From Octopus vulgaris (Eukaryota): DNA of 64,000 bases. Each line of letters opens with the position of its first letter. The first letter of the stretch is position 1. Both the position numbers and the translations under genes were made by a program. Positions 1 to 12,664 of this stretch are shown here, piece by piece. The notes under the pieces were generated by a model. That model did no database searches. It was not told where the DNA came from and saw nothing but the letters and a program-made list of their open reading frames with translations. Location of the stretch: contig OX597820.1 in NCBI GenBank assembly GCA_951406725.2, positions 9,424,001-9,488,000 on the forward strand. Reading direction: 5' to 3'.

Positions 1-240
1 TGTCCCATATATGTGTGTATGTTTGTGTGTTTGTGTCTGTGTTAGTTTCCCTGCACCCACTATCAATTAAAAACTGATGTTGGTGTGTTTACGTCCCCAT
101 AACTTAGCAGTTCAGCTGAAGATATTGATAGAATAAGCACCAGGCTTACAAAGAATAAATTTATGGATCGATTTCTTCAACTAAAAGGCAGTGCTCCAGC
201 ATGGTGACACTGAAATGACTGAAACAAACAACAGAGTAAA
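1..240 (+). mobile_element. SINE family A, 3' half (diverged)
   Basis: Matches the body and tail of family A (ggtgtgtttacgtcccc...gtgctccagcatgg...gactgaaac), seen full length at 7345-7768. Confidence 0.8.
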
Positions 241-254
241 ATATATATATATGT

Positions 255-768
255 AAATATATATTATATTAAATTAGAGATAAAACCACTATTAGGCAAA
301 TCAAACAGTGAAAATCATAAGCCAATACATAGAAATAAAATTAATTAATAAAATATATAAAAAATATAAAATATAAAATTCCAAATTAAAATATTGTGGT
401 TTTACTCTTTATCTTATATTAAACTTTTAATACTTTTTGATAGTTATATAATAAAAAATAAATAAATAAAATAATATTAAAATATATATATATATATTTA
501 AAATTTATAAGTTTAAATTATTAATTTAAATAATTTTAAAAAATCTTAACTTTAATTTAAATATTTTAATTTGGAATTTTATATTTTATATTTTTTTTAT
601 ATATTTTATTAATTAATTTTATTTCTATGTATTGGCTTATGATTTTCACTGTTTGATTCGCCTAATAGTAGTTTTATCTCTAATATAATATAATATATAT
701 ATATTTATACTATAAAATTAGATTTAATCCTAAATCTAATTTTTCCCTGTAAGTTTAGATTTACTCCC

Positions 769-778
<10 letters not shown>
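255..778 (+). mobile_element. Fold-back insert in (TA)n, putative Penelope-like element 3' end with inverted partial copy
   Basis: Arm about 255-395 is the reverse complement of about 560-705; a ~70 nt unpaired tail then runs into (TA)n. The tail motif aatttttccctgtaagttt recurs reverse-complemented at 1393-1411. Confidence 0.65.
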
Positions 779-819
<41 letters not shown>

Positions 820-820
820 G

Positions 821-882
<62 letters not shown>

Positions 883-883
<1 letters not shown>

Positions 884-1335
884 GTTCTCACTGACAATGT
901 AACACATGCCCCTACAATATTACCACTATCACGGGGCCCAAGAAGCAATATCACGCAACACACCACTTCTGTTGCACTTCAGCAAATCTCATATATTGCA
1001 TCCTATGAAAACTCTGCAGTGCTCTTTACATTGGAGAAACAGGGCAATGCCTTAGGGATCGCTTTTGCGAACACATCAGAAGCCTAATGCTACGTATGCC
1101 AGGCTAACCTGTTGCATTCCCATGTTTGGCTGCAAGGCAGTATTTGTCTATTTGTTGTCTTCGTTTCAAATTACTGCTGTTTACTTTTGTACACCCACCA
1201 TGTATTATTTTGTTTGTTCGAGCCCTAGGCATGAAATTAGGGGTTAGTATTTTTCGGTCGATAACTGATGAAGTATTAGGGTCCTTGTGTCTGTCCTACA
1301 TATAAGTTTTGTAGTAGTTAATGCATTTTTCATTT
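883..1335 (+). pseudogene. Penelope-like (Neptune-type) retroelement 3' fragment with GIY-YIG endonuclease relic
   Basis: Manual translation from 883: CSH*QCNTCPYNITTITGPKKQYHATHHFCCTSANLIYCIL*KLCSALYIGETGQCLRDRFCEHIRSLMLRMPG*PVA, i.e. Cys-rich linker + NLIY..YIGETG..RF.EH. CTGATGA at 1265-1271; (TA)n on both sides. Confidence 0.9.
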
Positions 1336-1359
1336 ATATATATATATATATATATATTA

Positions 1360-1678
1360 TTATTATTAATAGTAGGGAATATGAAAATTCCAAACTTACA
1401 GGGAAAAATTAGCAAAACTAAATCAAATTTCACAATATATAATATTTGCAAATAATTAAGAGACAAAACCTGCATTAAGTAATTCAATTAATAGTGAAAG
1501 ATATTAACTATATAGAAAGAATTTAAATATATTATAATATATATAATTCTAACAATCTTTCATTTAATTTAGTGATTTTTAGAATTATATTTATTATAAT
1601 ATATTTAAATTCTTTCTATATAGTTGATATCTTTCACTATTAATTGAATTACTTAATACAGGTTTTATCTCTTAATTA
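1360..1678 (-). mobile_element. Fold-back insert in (TA)n, related to 255-778
   Basis: Arm 1453-1550 is the reverse complement of 1580-1678; tail 1360-1452 contains aaacttacagggaaaaatt shared with the first element; flanked by TA/CATA microsatellite. Confidence 0.65.
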
Positions 1679-1696
1679 CATACATACATACATATA

Positions 1697-1742
<46 letters not shown>

Positions 1743-2023
1743 TATAATATATATATAACATTGTGTATGCATGTGTGTGTGTGTGCCTCTGTTTATTTCC
1801 CCACACTTTGACAACTGGTGTTGCTTTATTTACATCCCTGTGACTTAGTGGTTTGGAAAAAGAGACAGATGGAATAAGTACCACACAGAGAAAAAATTAT
1901 TGGACTAAAATGTTCAAGGTGGCGCTCCAACACGGCTCCAGTCCAAAGACTGAAATAAATAAACGATAAAAGGTTTTTGCAATCAGCTTCACTACATTAT
2001 CCACTTTCCCTCTCTCTCCCTTG

Positions 2024-2508
<485 letters not shown>

Positions 2509-2785
2509 AGAATATCAGGAATAAGGATTACTCCGAAATAGCAATAACATTACCTTTACTTCTATGCTTACATATATTGCCTTTTAAGACGAAAACATGT
2601 TTCAGTTACACCGATTACTAATCGGTGCAATAGCAACCACACAATGAAACTATGTCACACGACTCGAGTTTCCGTCTTATTGAAAAAAAATCCCTCATTT
2701 CCTCCAGAACGGGTACAAAGCACTCCTTTCTAATTCAGCCAGCATTAAGCAAAGTACGTATGTGTGTGTGTGCGTGCGTGTGTAC

Positions 2786-2823
<38 letters not shown>

Positions 2824-2932
2824 ACACACACATGTATGTGTGTGCATCTTCCTTCATCTCATCCCACTTTGGATTCGACTTTCGATGACCTGCTTTAACT
2901 TATTATCTAATGTCTATAATACGGGCTTAACC

Positions 2933-3337
2933 TTGTAATCCTTCCAATAGAATTCCAGCATTTAGCACCACCATTATGAACATTCTTCAGCTGATCTTTG
3001 ATCAGCCTTTTGTGATTTAAAATCTTTTAATATTCATTTCCACCCTCAAGTAATGACAATGTTTAAATATATAAATATACATATATATGTACACACACAC
3101 ACACACACATGTACACACACACATATACACACACACATGTACTATATATATTTGTGTGTGTGTGTGTTTGCGTATATATATATATATATGTATATTTATA
3201 TATTTAAACATTGACTTAACTTGAGGGTAGAAATGAATATTACAAGAGTTTAAATCACAAGAGGTCGATCAAAGATCAGCTGAAGAATGGTCATAATGGT
3301 GGTGCTAAATGCTGGTATTCTATCAGAAGAATTACAA
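2933..3337. repeat. Diverged inverted repeat centred on a microsatellite
   Basis: 2933-3090 (ttgtaatcc...ccagcatttagcaccaccattatg...caatgtttaaatatataaatatac) is the reverse complement of about 3180-3337, with scattered mismatches. Confidence 0.85.
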
Positions 3338-3616
3338 AGTTACACTGCCATAAATGAAAATCAATATTCGTCAATCCCAACTGATATTCATTCTAATATC
3401 GAAAGATATAAACAATATCAAACACACATACACAAGGTATGTATTTTACTAGTTTGTGGGTAGGCTGTGCTTATAGGCGTATGGGAATATATTCTCATCA
3501 ATTCACCTGGTGTTAAAACACCTGTATGTCATAGACAAGCTAGATAGCTCGTATCTGGTCCCATTCAGGAGCGATAGACATTGATGTTTTGTCATTTTTG
3601 TGGCTTGTTAATACCT

Positions 3617-3840
3617 ATTTCTTTACTACCCACAAGGGGCTAAACACAGAGGGAACAAACAAGGATTTTGATTAAGTCGATTACATCGACCCCAGTGCGT
3701 AATTGGTACTTTATTTATTGACCCCAAAAGGATGAAAGGCAAAGTTGACCTTGGTGGAATTTGAACTCAGAACGTAACGGCAGACGAAATACGGCTACGC
3801 ATTTCGCCCGGCGTGCTAATGTTTCTGCCAGCTCGCCGCC
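3617..3840 (-). mobile_element. SINE family B (tRNA-like head, Meta/Sauria-type central domain)
   Basis: Reverse complement reads ggcggcgagctggcagaaac...gagttcaaattcc...gcctttcatccttttggggtc...aaagaaata; 10-bp TSD tgttaatacc at 3607-3616 and 3841-3850. Confidence 0.88.
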
Positions 3841-4104
3841 TGTTAATACCATGTACCTGAAACGAGGCCCGATGTAAGCTATTCTCCAACCAGAGACATT
3901 ACCCGAACGTTTGCAACAAGGTAGACTCCGCTAAAGGTAACCAAAGTACCAAGAAGTGGTATTAAACTGGGTGATGGATTAAGTCTACCATCTATGTCAC
4001 AGAGGGATTTGAACTCAGAACGCAAAGCCCCAGAAAAAATACCACAAGACATCCAGTCCAATGTTATTACGGTTTTGCAAATCCGCTGCCGTGGATTAGT
4101 ACAT

Positions 4105-4426
4105 TGAGTGTAGTGGGTGCTTTTTACGTGCCACCTGCACAAGTGCCAGATGGAGCTGGCAAACGGCCACGGACGGATGGCAAAAAGCACCATCTGTCCG
4201 TGGCCGTTTGCCAGCCTCCCCTAGCATCTGTGCTGGTGGCACGTAAAAAGCACCCACTACACTCATGGAGTGGTTGGCGTTAGGAAGGGCATCCAGCCGT
4301 AGAAACACTGCCAGATCAGACTGGAGCCTGGTGCATCCTCTTGGCTTCCCAGACCCCAGTCGAACCATCCAACCCATGCTAGCATGGAAAGCGGACGTTA
4401 AATGATGATGATGATGATGATGATGA
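4105..4426 (+). mobile_element. RTE LINE 3' end (family C) with inverted 5' portion
   Basis: ggcgttaggaagggcatccagcc...ccatgctagcatgg...(gat)n tail; 4105-4180 is the same family on the minus strand. Confidence 0.8.
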
Positions 4427-4729
4427 TTCTCGAAAAGGTGAAAGGCAAAGTCGGCCACGGGTGGATTTGAACTCAGTGCCAACTGGGGGAAACATTGTGG
4501 CAAGTGCTCTAAACAACTCTGCCGCTTGTGACATATTTGACAGAAGCATTAATTAAGGAGGGAAAAGAGCCACAAACCTATGTTCTTTTCATTCTCAAAC
4601 TGATATCATCAATATTTTGTATTGAAAATCAAGGGAGTTAATTCTTTCATAAGCCTATAATCACTGTTTTTATTTATTTATTTTTATTTTATCTGAAGTA
4701 TCTGCTCACTGTACTTCAATCAACAAATA

Positions 4730-4798
4730 TGGCGTAGTGGTTAAGAGCACAGGCTACTAACTCCAAGATTCCGAGTTCGATTCCAGGCAATGACCTGA
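4730..4798 (+). mobile_element. tRNA-derived SINE head or tRNA pseudogene followed by (AAT)n
   Basis: tggcgtagtggttaag (A-box-like) and gagttcgattcc (B-box-like); acceptor stem not intact. Confidence 0.55.
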
Positions 4799-4874
4799 AT
4801 AATAATAATAATAATAATTATAATAATATAATAATGATGATAATAATAATAATAATAATAATTAAAAAAAATTT

Positions 4875-5031
4875 TTTATAGACATTCACTAGTACAACAC
4901 CAAAATAAAAAACAAATATATGGCACACTAGGCATAACAACAACATGAACTTCCAACCTGTTGTCTCTTGAGGTCTCTGGGTGAGACTTGGAGCCAACTT
5001 GTACAAATATAAAGCAAAAGTCAAACATAGA
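4875..5031 (+). mobile_element. Possible R4/Dong-type LINE 3' UTR embedded in (AAT)n
   Basis: Flanked on both sides by (AAT)n; gaggtctctgggtgagacttgga resembles, from memory, Dong-family 3' UTRs, and Dong elements target (TAA)n. Confidence 0.35.
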
Positions 5032-5131
5032 ATAATAATAATAATAATAATAATAGTAATAATAATAATGATGATGATGATGATGATGATGATGACGATG
5101 ATGATGATGATGACGATGATGATGATGATAA

Positions 5132-5318
5132 TAACATCGAAAGATACCTTAGAAATGAGAACCCAGGTTCGAAATTTCCCCAAGGCACCTGATGAAGGCT
5201 TGGAGGGTATATCAGCTGAATCGTGTTAACAACAAACAAGATGAGGACAAACATCCGTCAAATGTAAATAATGTAAATAGTGTTCATAATTCCTCATCTC
5301 TTAAATATAGAACTGTAT
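5132..5318 (+). mobile_element. Penelope-like 3' end with degenerate hammerhead motif
   Basis: ggcac-CTGATGA-a-ggct-tggagggtatatc-agct-GAAt-c-gtgtt at 5184-5227; stem I ggcac/gtgtt. Confidence 0.5.
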
Positions 5319-6417
5319 TAAATATTTTGTCCTGGGGTCGATTTGCTCGACTAAAGGCGGTGCTCCAGCATGGCCGCAGTCAAATGACTGAAACAAGTAA
5401 AAGAGTAACATTAATGTACAATCCTGAGTTCAAATTCTGCCAAGACAGACATTGCTTTTCATCCCTTTGGGATGAAATAGGTATCAGCTGAGCACTAGGG
5501 GGTCAAGGTAATCGCATCACTACCAACCCCTCAATACCGTTGGCCTTGTGCAGAAATTTGAAACCAAATTTTAATTCCCAATCCTTCAAGTGCCGGATGT
5601 TGCCTTTTTGGCTGGTTTCAATTGAGAGCTTTTATGTCAATGCATACAAGTATCTCTTTAAGATAGACACTTGCCCGATATTTCGAATAGAATTAGACCA
5701 AGTTCTAGTCTTTTGCTTCGGGATCTGTATCATGGTTCCTGTTTCCAAATAGAAACAGGAACTATTATACAACACAAAGATCCCAAAGCACAGAGATTAA
5801 CTTTCATTATAGTTTTTTCTTAAAAATATAACTGAAACTACACAAATTCTGCCAATGTTGATTTTGTATTTCATCCGTCCGTAATTGATAAAATAAGTAC
5901 CAATTAAACTCTAGGGTTAATATAACCGACAAACTGTTTCCTCTGAAATTGTTGGCATTGAGCCAAAATGTGAAACTAATAAAACTGAAACTACATCTTG
6001 TGTTTCGGATAAATTGGTTCCTTTTGTTTTTGCCCCGTTTACTATCATCTTTTCCAGTGTTACTCCAATTTACACTAAAAGTAGTTTTATGGGATTTTGT
6101 TGTCCTATTCTTCCTCTAGATCAGTGGTTCTCAATTAGGGTCCTTATGACCTTTAAGGGTCCCGTGTAAATATTTCTACAAATGCCAAGGTATCTTTAGA
6201 GTGTTTTTCAATAACTGTGTCAGACGATAAGTTTCCGATATTGACGGCAGAAACAAGCAGAAGCAACTATTTGTTGCATCGAATGTGAGACGTTCTGGCA
6301 CAGCCATTTTGGTGTTGCTGACTTATCAATCAAACGTTTTAACATTTCTCTCCGTCTCTGTTTATGTGTGGAAGCATATTTCTCTTTGTGTGTCTGAGCA
6401 GAAGGAAGGTGTTTATG

Positions 6418-6832
6418 CTCTTTTACTCTTTTACTTGTTTCAGTCATTTGACTGTGGCCATGCTGGAGCACCGCCTTTAGTCGAGTAAATCGACCCCAGG
6501 ACTTATTGTTTGGAAGACTAGTACTTATTCTATCGGTCTCTTTTGCTGAATCGCTAAGTTACGGGGGACATAAACACACCAGCATCGGTTGTCAAGTGAT
6601 GTTGGGGCCAAACACAGACACACAAACATATACACACACACATACATATATATATATATACATATATACGACGGGCTTCTTTCAGTTTCCATCTACCAAA
6701 TCCACTCAGAAGGCTATGGTTGGCCCGAGGCTATAGTAGAAGACACTTGCCCAAAGTGCCACGCAGTGGGACTGAACCTGGAACCATGTGGTTGGTAAGC
6801 AAGCTACTTACCACACAGCCACTCCTACGCCT
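6418..6832 (-). mobile_element. SINE family A, full length
   Basis: Reverse complement of the family A consensus (ggcgtaggagtggctgtgtggtaag...ggttcagtccc...gactgaaacaagtaaaagag). Confidence 0.92.
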
Positions 6833-7344
6833 ATTAATCGTGATCAATTAGTAAATTGTAATGTCCACCCTTCTCTCCCCTCTCTGGATCTCACTCTGTC
6901 TATAAGTGTATATTTCTGTGTGTGTGTGTATTTGCCTCTAGTGCTAAAAAGTAGTCACCAAAACAGTTTGAATGTCAAATCAGCCATGCCAAATCGCCAG
7001 CATCCAAACAGCTGCGCCCAATTGTCTCAAAGGTACTGAATTATCATCAAACCAGACAACCTGGTCAGAATACACAGTAGTGGACTTTACTAAAGATACC
7101 GAAAGTCCAGGTGGAGGTGGTGGTGAAGATAAAACAGGCAACGGATTTAGAATACTACTCAAGAATAGGTATAGTCTATCCGACTATAATCCTGTTAGAG
7201 GTAGCACTGGATTAACCATTAACATTTTAAACTTGCTAAAATAATATTCGTGATCTTATCTCTTCTAAGTATAGAAGCAGTAAGATTAATTTTGAGGATC
7301 TGATCAAAGGTTTTACAAAAAAAGTAGAGAAAAACTTTTCAAAT

Positions 7345-7768
7345 AGGCACAGGAGTGGCTGTGTGGTAAGTAGCTTGCTAACCAGCCACATGGTTCCGGG
7401 TTCAGTCCCACTGCGTGGCATCTTGGGCAAGTGTCTTCTGCTATAGCCCCAGGCCGACCAATGCCTTGTGAGTGGATTTGGTAGACGGAAACTGAAAGAA
7501 GCCTGTCGTATATATGTATATATATATATATATATGTATGTGTGTATTTGTGTGTCTGTGTTTGTCCCCCTAGCATTGCTTGACGAACGATGCTGGTGTG
7601 TTTACGTACCCGTCACTTAGCGGTTCGGCAAAAGAGAACCGATAGAATAAGTACTGGGCTTACAAAGAATAAGTCCCGGGGTCGATTTGATTTGACTAAA
7701 GGCGGTGCTCCAGCATGGCCGCAGTCAAATGACTGAAACAAGTAAAAGAGTAAAAGAGTAAAAGAGTA
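7345..7768 (+). mobile_element. SINE family A, full length (tRNA-derived head, internal TA/TG microsatellite, (gtaaaaga)n tail)
   Basis: A-box tggctgtgtgg, B-box ggttcagtccc, then cttgggcaagtgtcttct core; more than 30 related copies or fragments in the window. Confidence 0.93.
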
Positions 7769-8071
7769 AATATAAATTAAGTGGACGTGTACAAAAATAA
7801 ACATTATTTTCCATCAAATTGCTTGTTTTGTCTCATTTTGAAAAATAAAAATTCATTTTATGGTTTATTATTGTTTATATTTTGAATTACATATATATAG
7901 GGGCAACAAAAATATATTTTAAGTGCTTAGGGCCTCCGTGGGTCTTCATCTGACACTGGTTACAGTTGTCACACAATTTAATCTTAGCTGTGCTATGTCC
8001 TCAGTGTTTAGAGTACATAATACACAACATACACTCATACATACGTACGTACACATACATATGTGTGCATG

Positions 8072-8104
<33 letters not shown>

Positions 8105-8884
8105 ATATATACACCCCCTATAGACTGTATGAACACTAAATCATATAATGATCCGTGACAGGGAAAGTAAATCTAGCTGAGTAGTAGAAATCAGTCGACC
8201 ATCAGACGTTAACGTAATGCTATGGTGAACTAAAGAGAAATCTGCAAACTACACCCGGACTAAATAATTTTAAATTATACCTGCGATTATTAGAACACCT
8301 GGTTATGTAACTAATTGCCTCGGTACGAATGTTGTGCAGTTGAACTTCACAAAGCCAAGAAGAATACGAATAATTAGGAAAACAACAATTATAAGCCCAT
8401 AAATTGTGCAAAACCTTCCCTGCACCATGATTATAAACACACAGGCGCTGGTCGGAAATTGAAACCTTTTAGTAAAGTTAAAACCTTTTGCAAAACCGAA
8501 GTCATCGGTTGTGAGCTCTGCATAAGTTTTCGGGATATCATGAGGCGCAGAGGATCACTTAGTAAACCGCTTCATTTAGTTCAACAAACAACATGCCAAA
8601 ATCCAAGCACAAGAGGAACACTGGATCTCGTAATTGGCACTCGGTAGTCTGTCTGACTGTCTACATACCATAGAATCACTTTGATCTGGAGCTAAGAAGA
8701 AAAACAAGTAAAATAACACGTTAAAACACATAAAGCCGACGGGCGAACTATCGTTCATGTTACCAAATTAATACAAATATTCATATCAACTTCATGAACT
8801 TACTTGGAATAGAATTTATTTGGAATTTATTCAAAATACAATAAGAAAGCATATAAAACATATATTGTATTTGAAGGTATGAAT

Positions 8885-9017
8885 GATGTACGGGTATATT
8901 AAAGCACCCCAGTTTCTATAGCGCATATTCAGCATCTTCGCATTTAGGACCCAGGATCTTTTTTGCGATATTTTCTTGGAAAAAAAAAAGTGCGTCTTAA
9001 ATGTCATCAAATACAGT
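8885..9017. mobile_element. Tigger/pogo-like MITE end
   Basis: Ends aaaaagtgcgtcttaaatgtcatcaaatacagt; a related degenerate copy lies at about 36945-37125. Confidence 0.5.
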
Positions 9018-9019
9018 CA

Positions 9020-9720
9020 TTTTTCAGAGTACCGCAAGGATCCGTCTTCTCAGCAATACTTTTTAAGCTGCTCGGCCTTTCTACACTTATACAAAATGTA
9101 CAAGTTATATGTTGATGACATCACAATCATGTACTCCCACTATTCCCCTGGCTGTTCCACAACTACTCCAGCCACAGACATATTCTGACTCTAAACAAAT
9201 AAATTCTTAGAAGTAGCATCTACCAAGTCTACCATTGTTATCAGTTACCAGTGTATCGAATACAGTCCAGCACCACACTCGCAAGTATAAACACATCACA
9301 TGCAAAGAGCTGCAAAGAATTATTAGGAGGATAACGGACATCACGTTTACAACACTTAGAGCATACATAGAAAGCAAACAACTTACTTATTAGGTACCAC
9401 ATTTGACCAAAGATACAACAATACTAAACTCACAATATATTAAGGTTTTGTTAGTCGTGTTTTGCATTACATCATCGCAGCTGTACACAGACATTGACAG
9501 GCAGAATAATCTTTACAATGAAACAAAGATATTGAAAATGAAAGACGACCTGGATACACTGGAGGCAGGTTATTGCCAAATATTCTCCACACTGCAAGCG
9601 AAAACATTTGGCCTGTCTCAACTGAATCGATCACCAAAAGCAATCGAACACACAGGAATAGATTGGACAGCCAAGAAAATGCAAAATGTCCGAAGAATTA
9701 AATTGTTTCCAAGATGATAA
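9020..9720 (+). pseudogene. Non-LTR retrotransposon reverse transcriptase fragment (Jockey/CR1/L2-like)
   Basis: RVPQGSVFSAILF at 9026-9064 (cf. GVPQGSVLSPLLF) followed by KLYVDDITI (YxDD motif at 9108-9119). Confidence 0.75.
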
Positions 9721-9821
9721 TTTACTGCATGTGAGAGTGTGCAGTGAGAAGAACTACGGCACAGCTGGAGCAATGAAGTTGTTCTTTAGAAGATACACTT
9801 CTCGACTGATGATCCTGTAGC

Positions 9822-9901
<80 letters not shown>

Positions 9902-10608
9902 CCTTTGCATACGGATTCATCATCACTTAACTACCAGTATGTTTTCTAAGCCAAATGGTATTTGCATTCAGAAGGAACTATAAATGACAACTCACCGACT
10001 CACATTGTTATTACTATTTTCCCCGTTATGAAAGGGTCTGATATAAAGCGTTTATCCCCGCTTTATCTCTCCATCTTTTCTTCTTTGTTATTACTTATCT
10101 CTTTTTCATTCTCCCATTTGCTTCTCTCGAAATCTTCCATTCACTTCTAATAACCTCCAGATCTAGAAAACAGTTTTCAAATCTTAAAAAACTTGCCGCC
10201 CTATTTTCATGCTTTCACTTTCATATTCTCCATCACCAACGGATCTTCATCCCAATCTTCGATTTCGAAGCTCCAGACTCGCAAACACTGCTTCCAACTA
10301 CAGCGTCTAAATACCAACATCACTTCTATCTACCACTACTATTAGTACTACTATAGTTCAACGTATTAGTCTCGTGAAATAAAAATGCTACTAACGTGAA
10401 GCAGCGGTTGGATATGTTATTTCAGACATGCAATTTTTGATTTTAGGGTGAGTTATCACTGTCTTTCTTATTCACATTGCTGTATATTCATTCATTCTCT
10501 GGTCATAAGCTTGTTCGTCTATATATCTACTAGTTACCTGTATATTTTATATTCTTACTTGCATATTGATATATGTATCTATTTAAATGGAAACATATAC
10601 CTGTATAT

Positions 10609-10841
10609 ATATTCTGTTGTGTCTGGAGAGAATCATTTTCTTTTTTGTGCCTTATTATGTAACACACTCACCGGTAAAATTTCCACTTTTTTCAAAAATA
10701 AGAAAAAAGTGGAAATTTTACCGGTGAGTGTGTTACATAATAAGGCACAAAAAGAAAATGATTCTCTCCAGACACACAGCAGAATATGCTTCAACACACG
10801 AACTCATATAAAGAATCTTGCAAACCAAATCCAACAACGAA
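10609..10841 (+). mobile_element. Fold-back insert with tail and 14-bp TSD, putative Penelope-like
   Basis: Arms 10609-10693 and 10702-10787 are near-perfect reverse complements; tail to 10841; direct repeat atatacctgtatat at 10595-10608 and 10842-10855. Confidence 0.75.
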
Positions 10842-11671
10842 ATATACCTGTATATTTATTTGTTTTTCCCTGTTACCTACTCACATGTATCTATCGACCA
10901 ACTTATGTATCTCTGTTTTTGCATTTTGTGTTTTGCTGTTTCTTTCAAAACTATGCAATTTCGATGAAAATCGTAAGCAGAGCGGGGGCGGGTTGTTGGA
11001 CCAAATTCTAATTGTACATTTATTTACATAGCACATTGTCTGCTCAGATACCGTATCTATTATCTGTCTGTCTATAGTTGTACATTTAAAAAAAGTATAT
11101 ATGAATTAAAGTACGTGTTCTACCACCAGGACAAAGAAAATCAAACATTTAGGACTGGTGCCCTTCATCAAGAAAAGAACGACCTCCACCTCGTCTCAAT
11201 TTCTTTTGTGTGTGGTTACACTTCCAAGTTACTTTCAGTTTGGTTTCGTGAAGCAGAAATCACCTAGAAGTCCTCCACGAGCCAATGAAGTGCGGTAGGG
11301 GGTGACGTTGCTTTTACGAGGCCATTCGACCTTTTAGAAATAGCAGCAAATAGACCCTCAAATCACACCCAATCATCTTAAACGACGAAAACCCACATGG
11401 TCATAGATGAAGTGGAATGGTTTTCATGATGATGCACGCATCTCTTGGTCAGTAGTAGTAACAATGCGTTAATGTTTGTACACTTACACCGTTGATATTG
11501 TGGTCACCAAAAAGATGCAGAAAACGTCACGAATATATATAAAAGGAATATCTATCTATTTACGTGTGTGCGCGTATATAAGTTTATATCAAGTAATGGA
11601 ACGCAACACATACCGAATTTGTATTAACAAGTAAGTTTTTTTTATTAAATATAAGTATATATAAGTATATA

Positions 11672-12078
11672 GGCGCAGGAGTGGCTGTGTGGTAAGTAGC
11701 TTGTTTACCAACCACACGGTTCCGGGTTCAGTCTCACTGCATGGCACCTTGGGCAAGTGTCTTATGCTATAGCCTCGGGCCGACCAATGCCTCGTGAGTG
11801 GATTTGGTAGACGGAAACTGAAAGAAGCCCGTCGTATATATGTGTATGTGTGTGTGTTTGTGTGTCTGTGTTTGTCCCCCTAGCATTGCTTGACAACCGA
11901 TGCTGGTGTGTTTATGTCCCCGTTACTTAGCGGTTTGGCAAAAGAGACCGATAGAATAAGTACTGGGCTTACAAAAAAAAAAAAAGAATAAGTCCCGGGG
12001 TCGATTTCCTCGACTAAAGGCGGTGCTCCAGCATGGCCGCAGTCGAGTGACTGAAACAAGTAAAAGAGAGTAAAGAGT
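11672..12078 (+). mobile_element. SINE family A, full length
   Basis: Near-identical to 7345-7768. Confidence 0.92.
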
Positions 12079-12664
12079 ATACACATATAAGCATATATGT
12101 ATATATATATGCACGCATGTATGTATACACACACACATATATATATGCATACATATGACAGACTTTAAAATAATGATGTGCATGTGTATGTCTCACCCCC
12201 CCCATACACACACATCTCACTGCATTTCCTCCACCCTCCTCTTGCAGCCTTGCAAACTTACCCACCCACATCAATCCGTGGCCCTCTTCACTATATACAC
12301 TGACCTGTAATCTGGCGTAAGCTCTTCCCACCTTCTCATCTTCTCTCTATCATTTCTTTCTCTTCTAACCTGGGGCAGCCATATTTTTTCTCTAAAGCAA
12401 AACATCTTTTTTTTTTGTCCCTCAAAACTACTTGTCTTGCAAATTACTTGGTGGCTTCACTGTCACTGGTGCCATGTAAAAAGCACCCAGTACACTCTGT
12501 AAAGTGGTTGGTGTTAGGAAGGACATCCAACTGTAGAAACCATGCCAGGGCAGACAGCAGAGTTTGATGCTGTCTTCTGACTTGCCAGTTTCTGTTGAAC
12601 TGCCCAACTCATGCCAGCATGGAAAATTGACATTAAATGACGAGGATAATACATACATATGTGC

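Noticed and set aside
4730-4798. Functional tRNA gene
   Set aside because: A and B boxes are present but the acceptor stem does not pair and it runs into (AAT)n.
10448-11011. 187-aa ORF
   Set aside because: Low-complexity composition, spans a palindromic insert, no recognisable domain.
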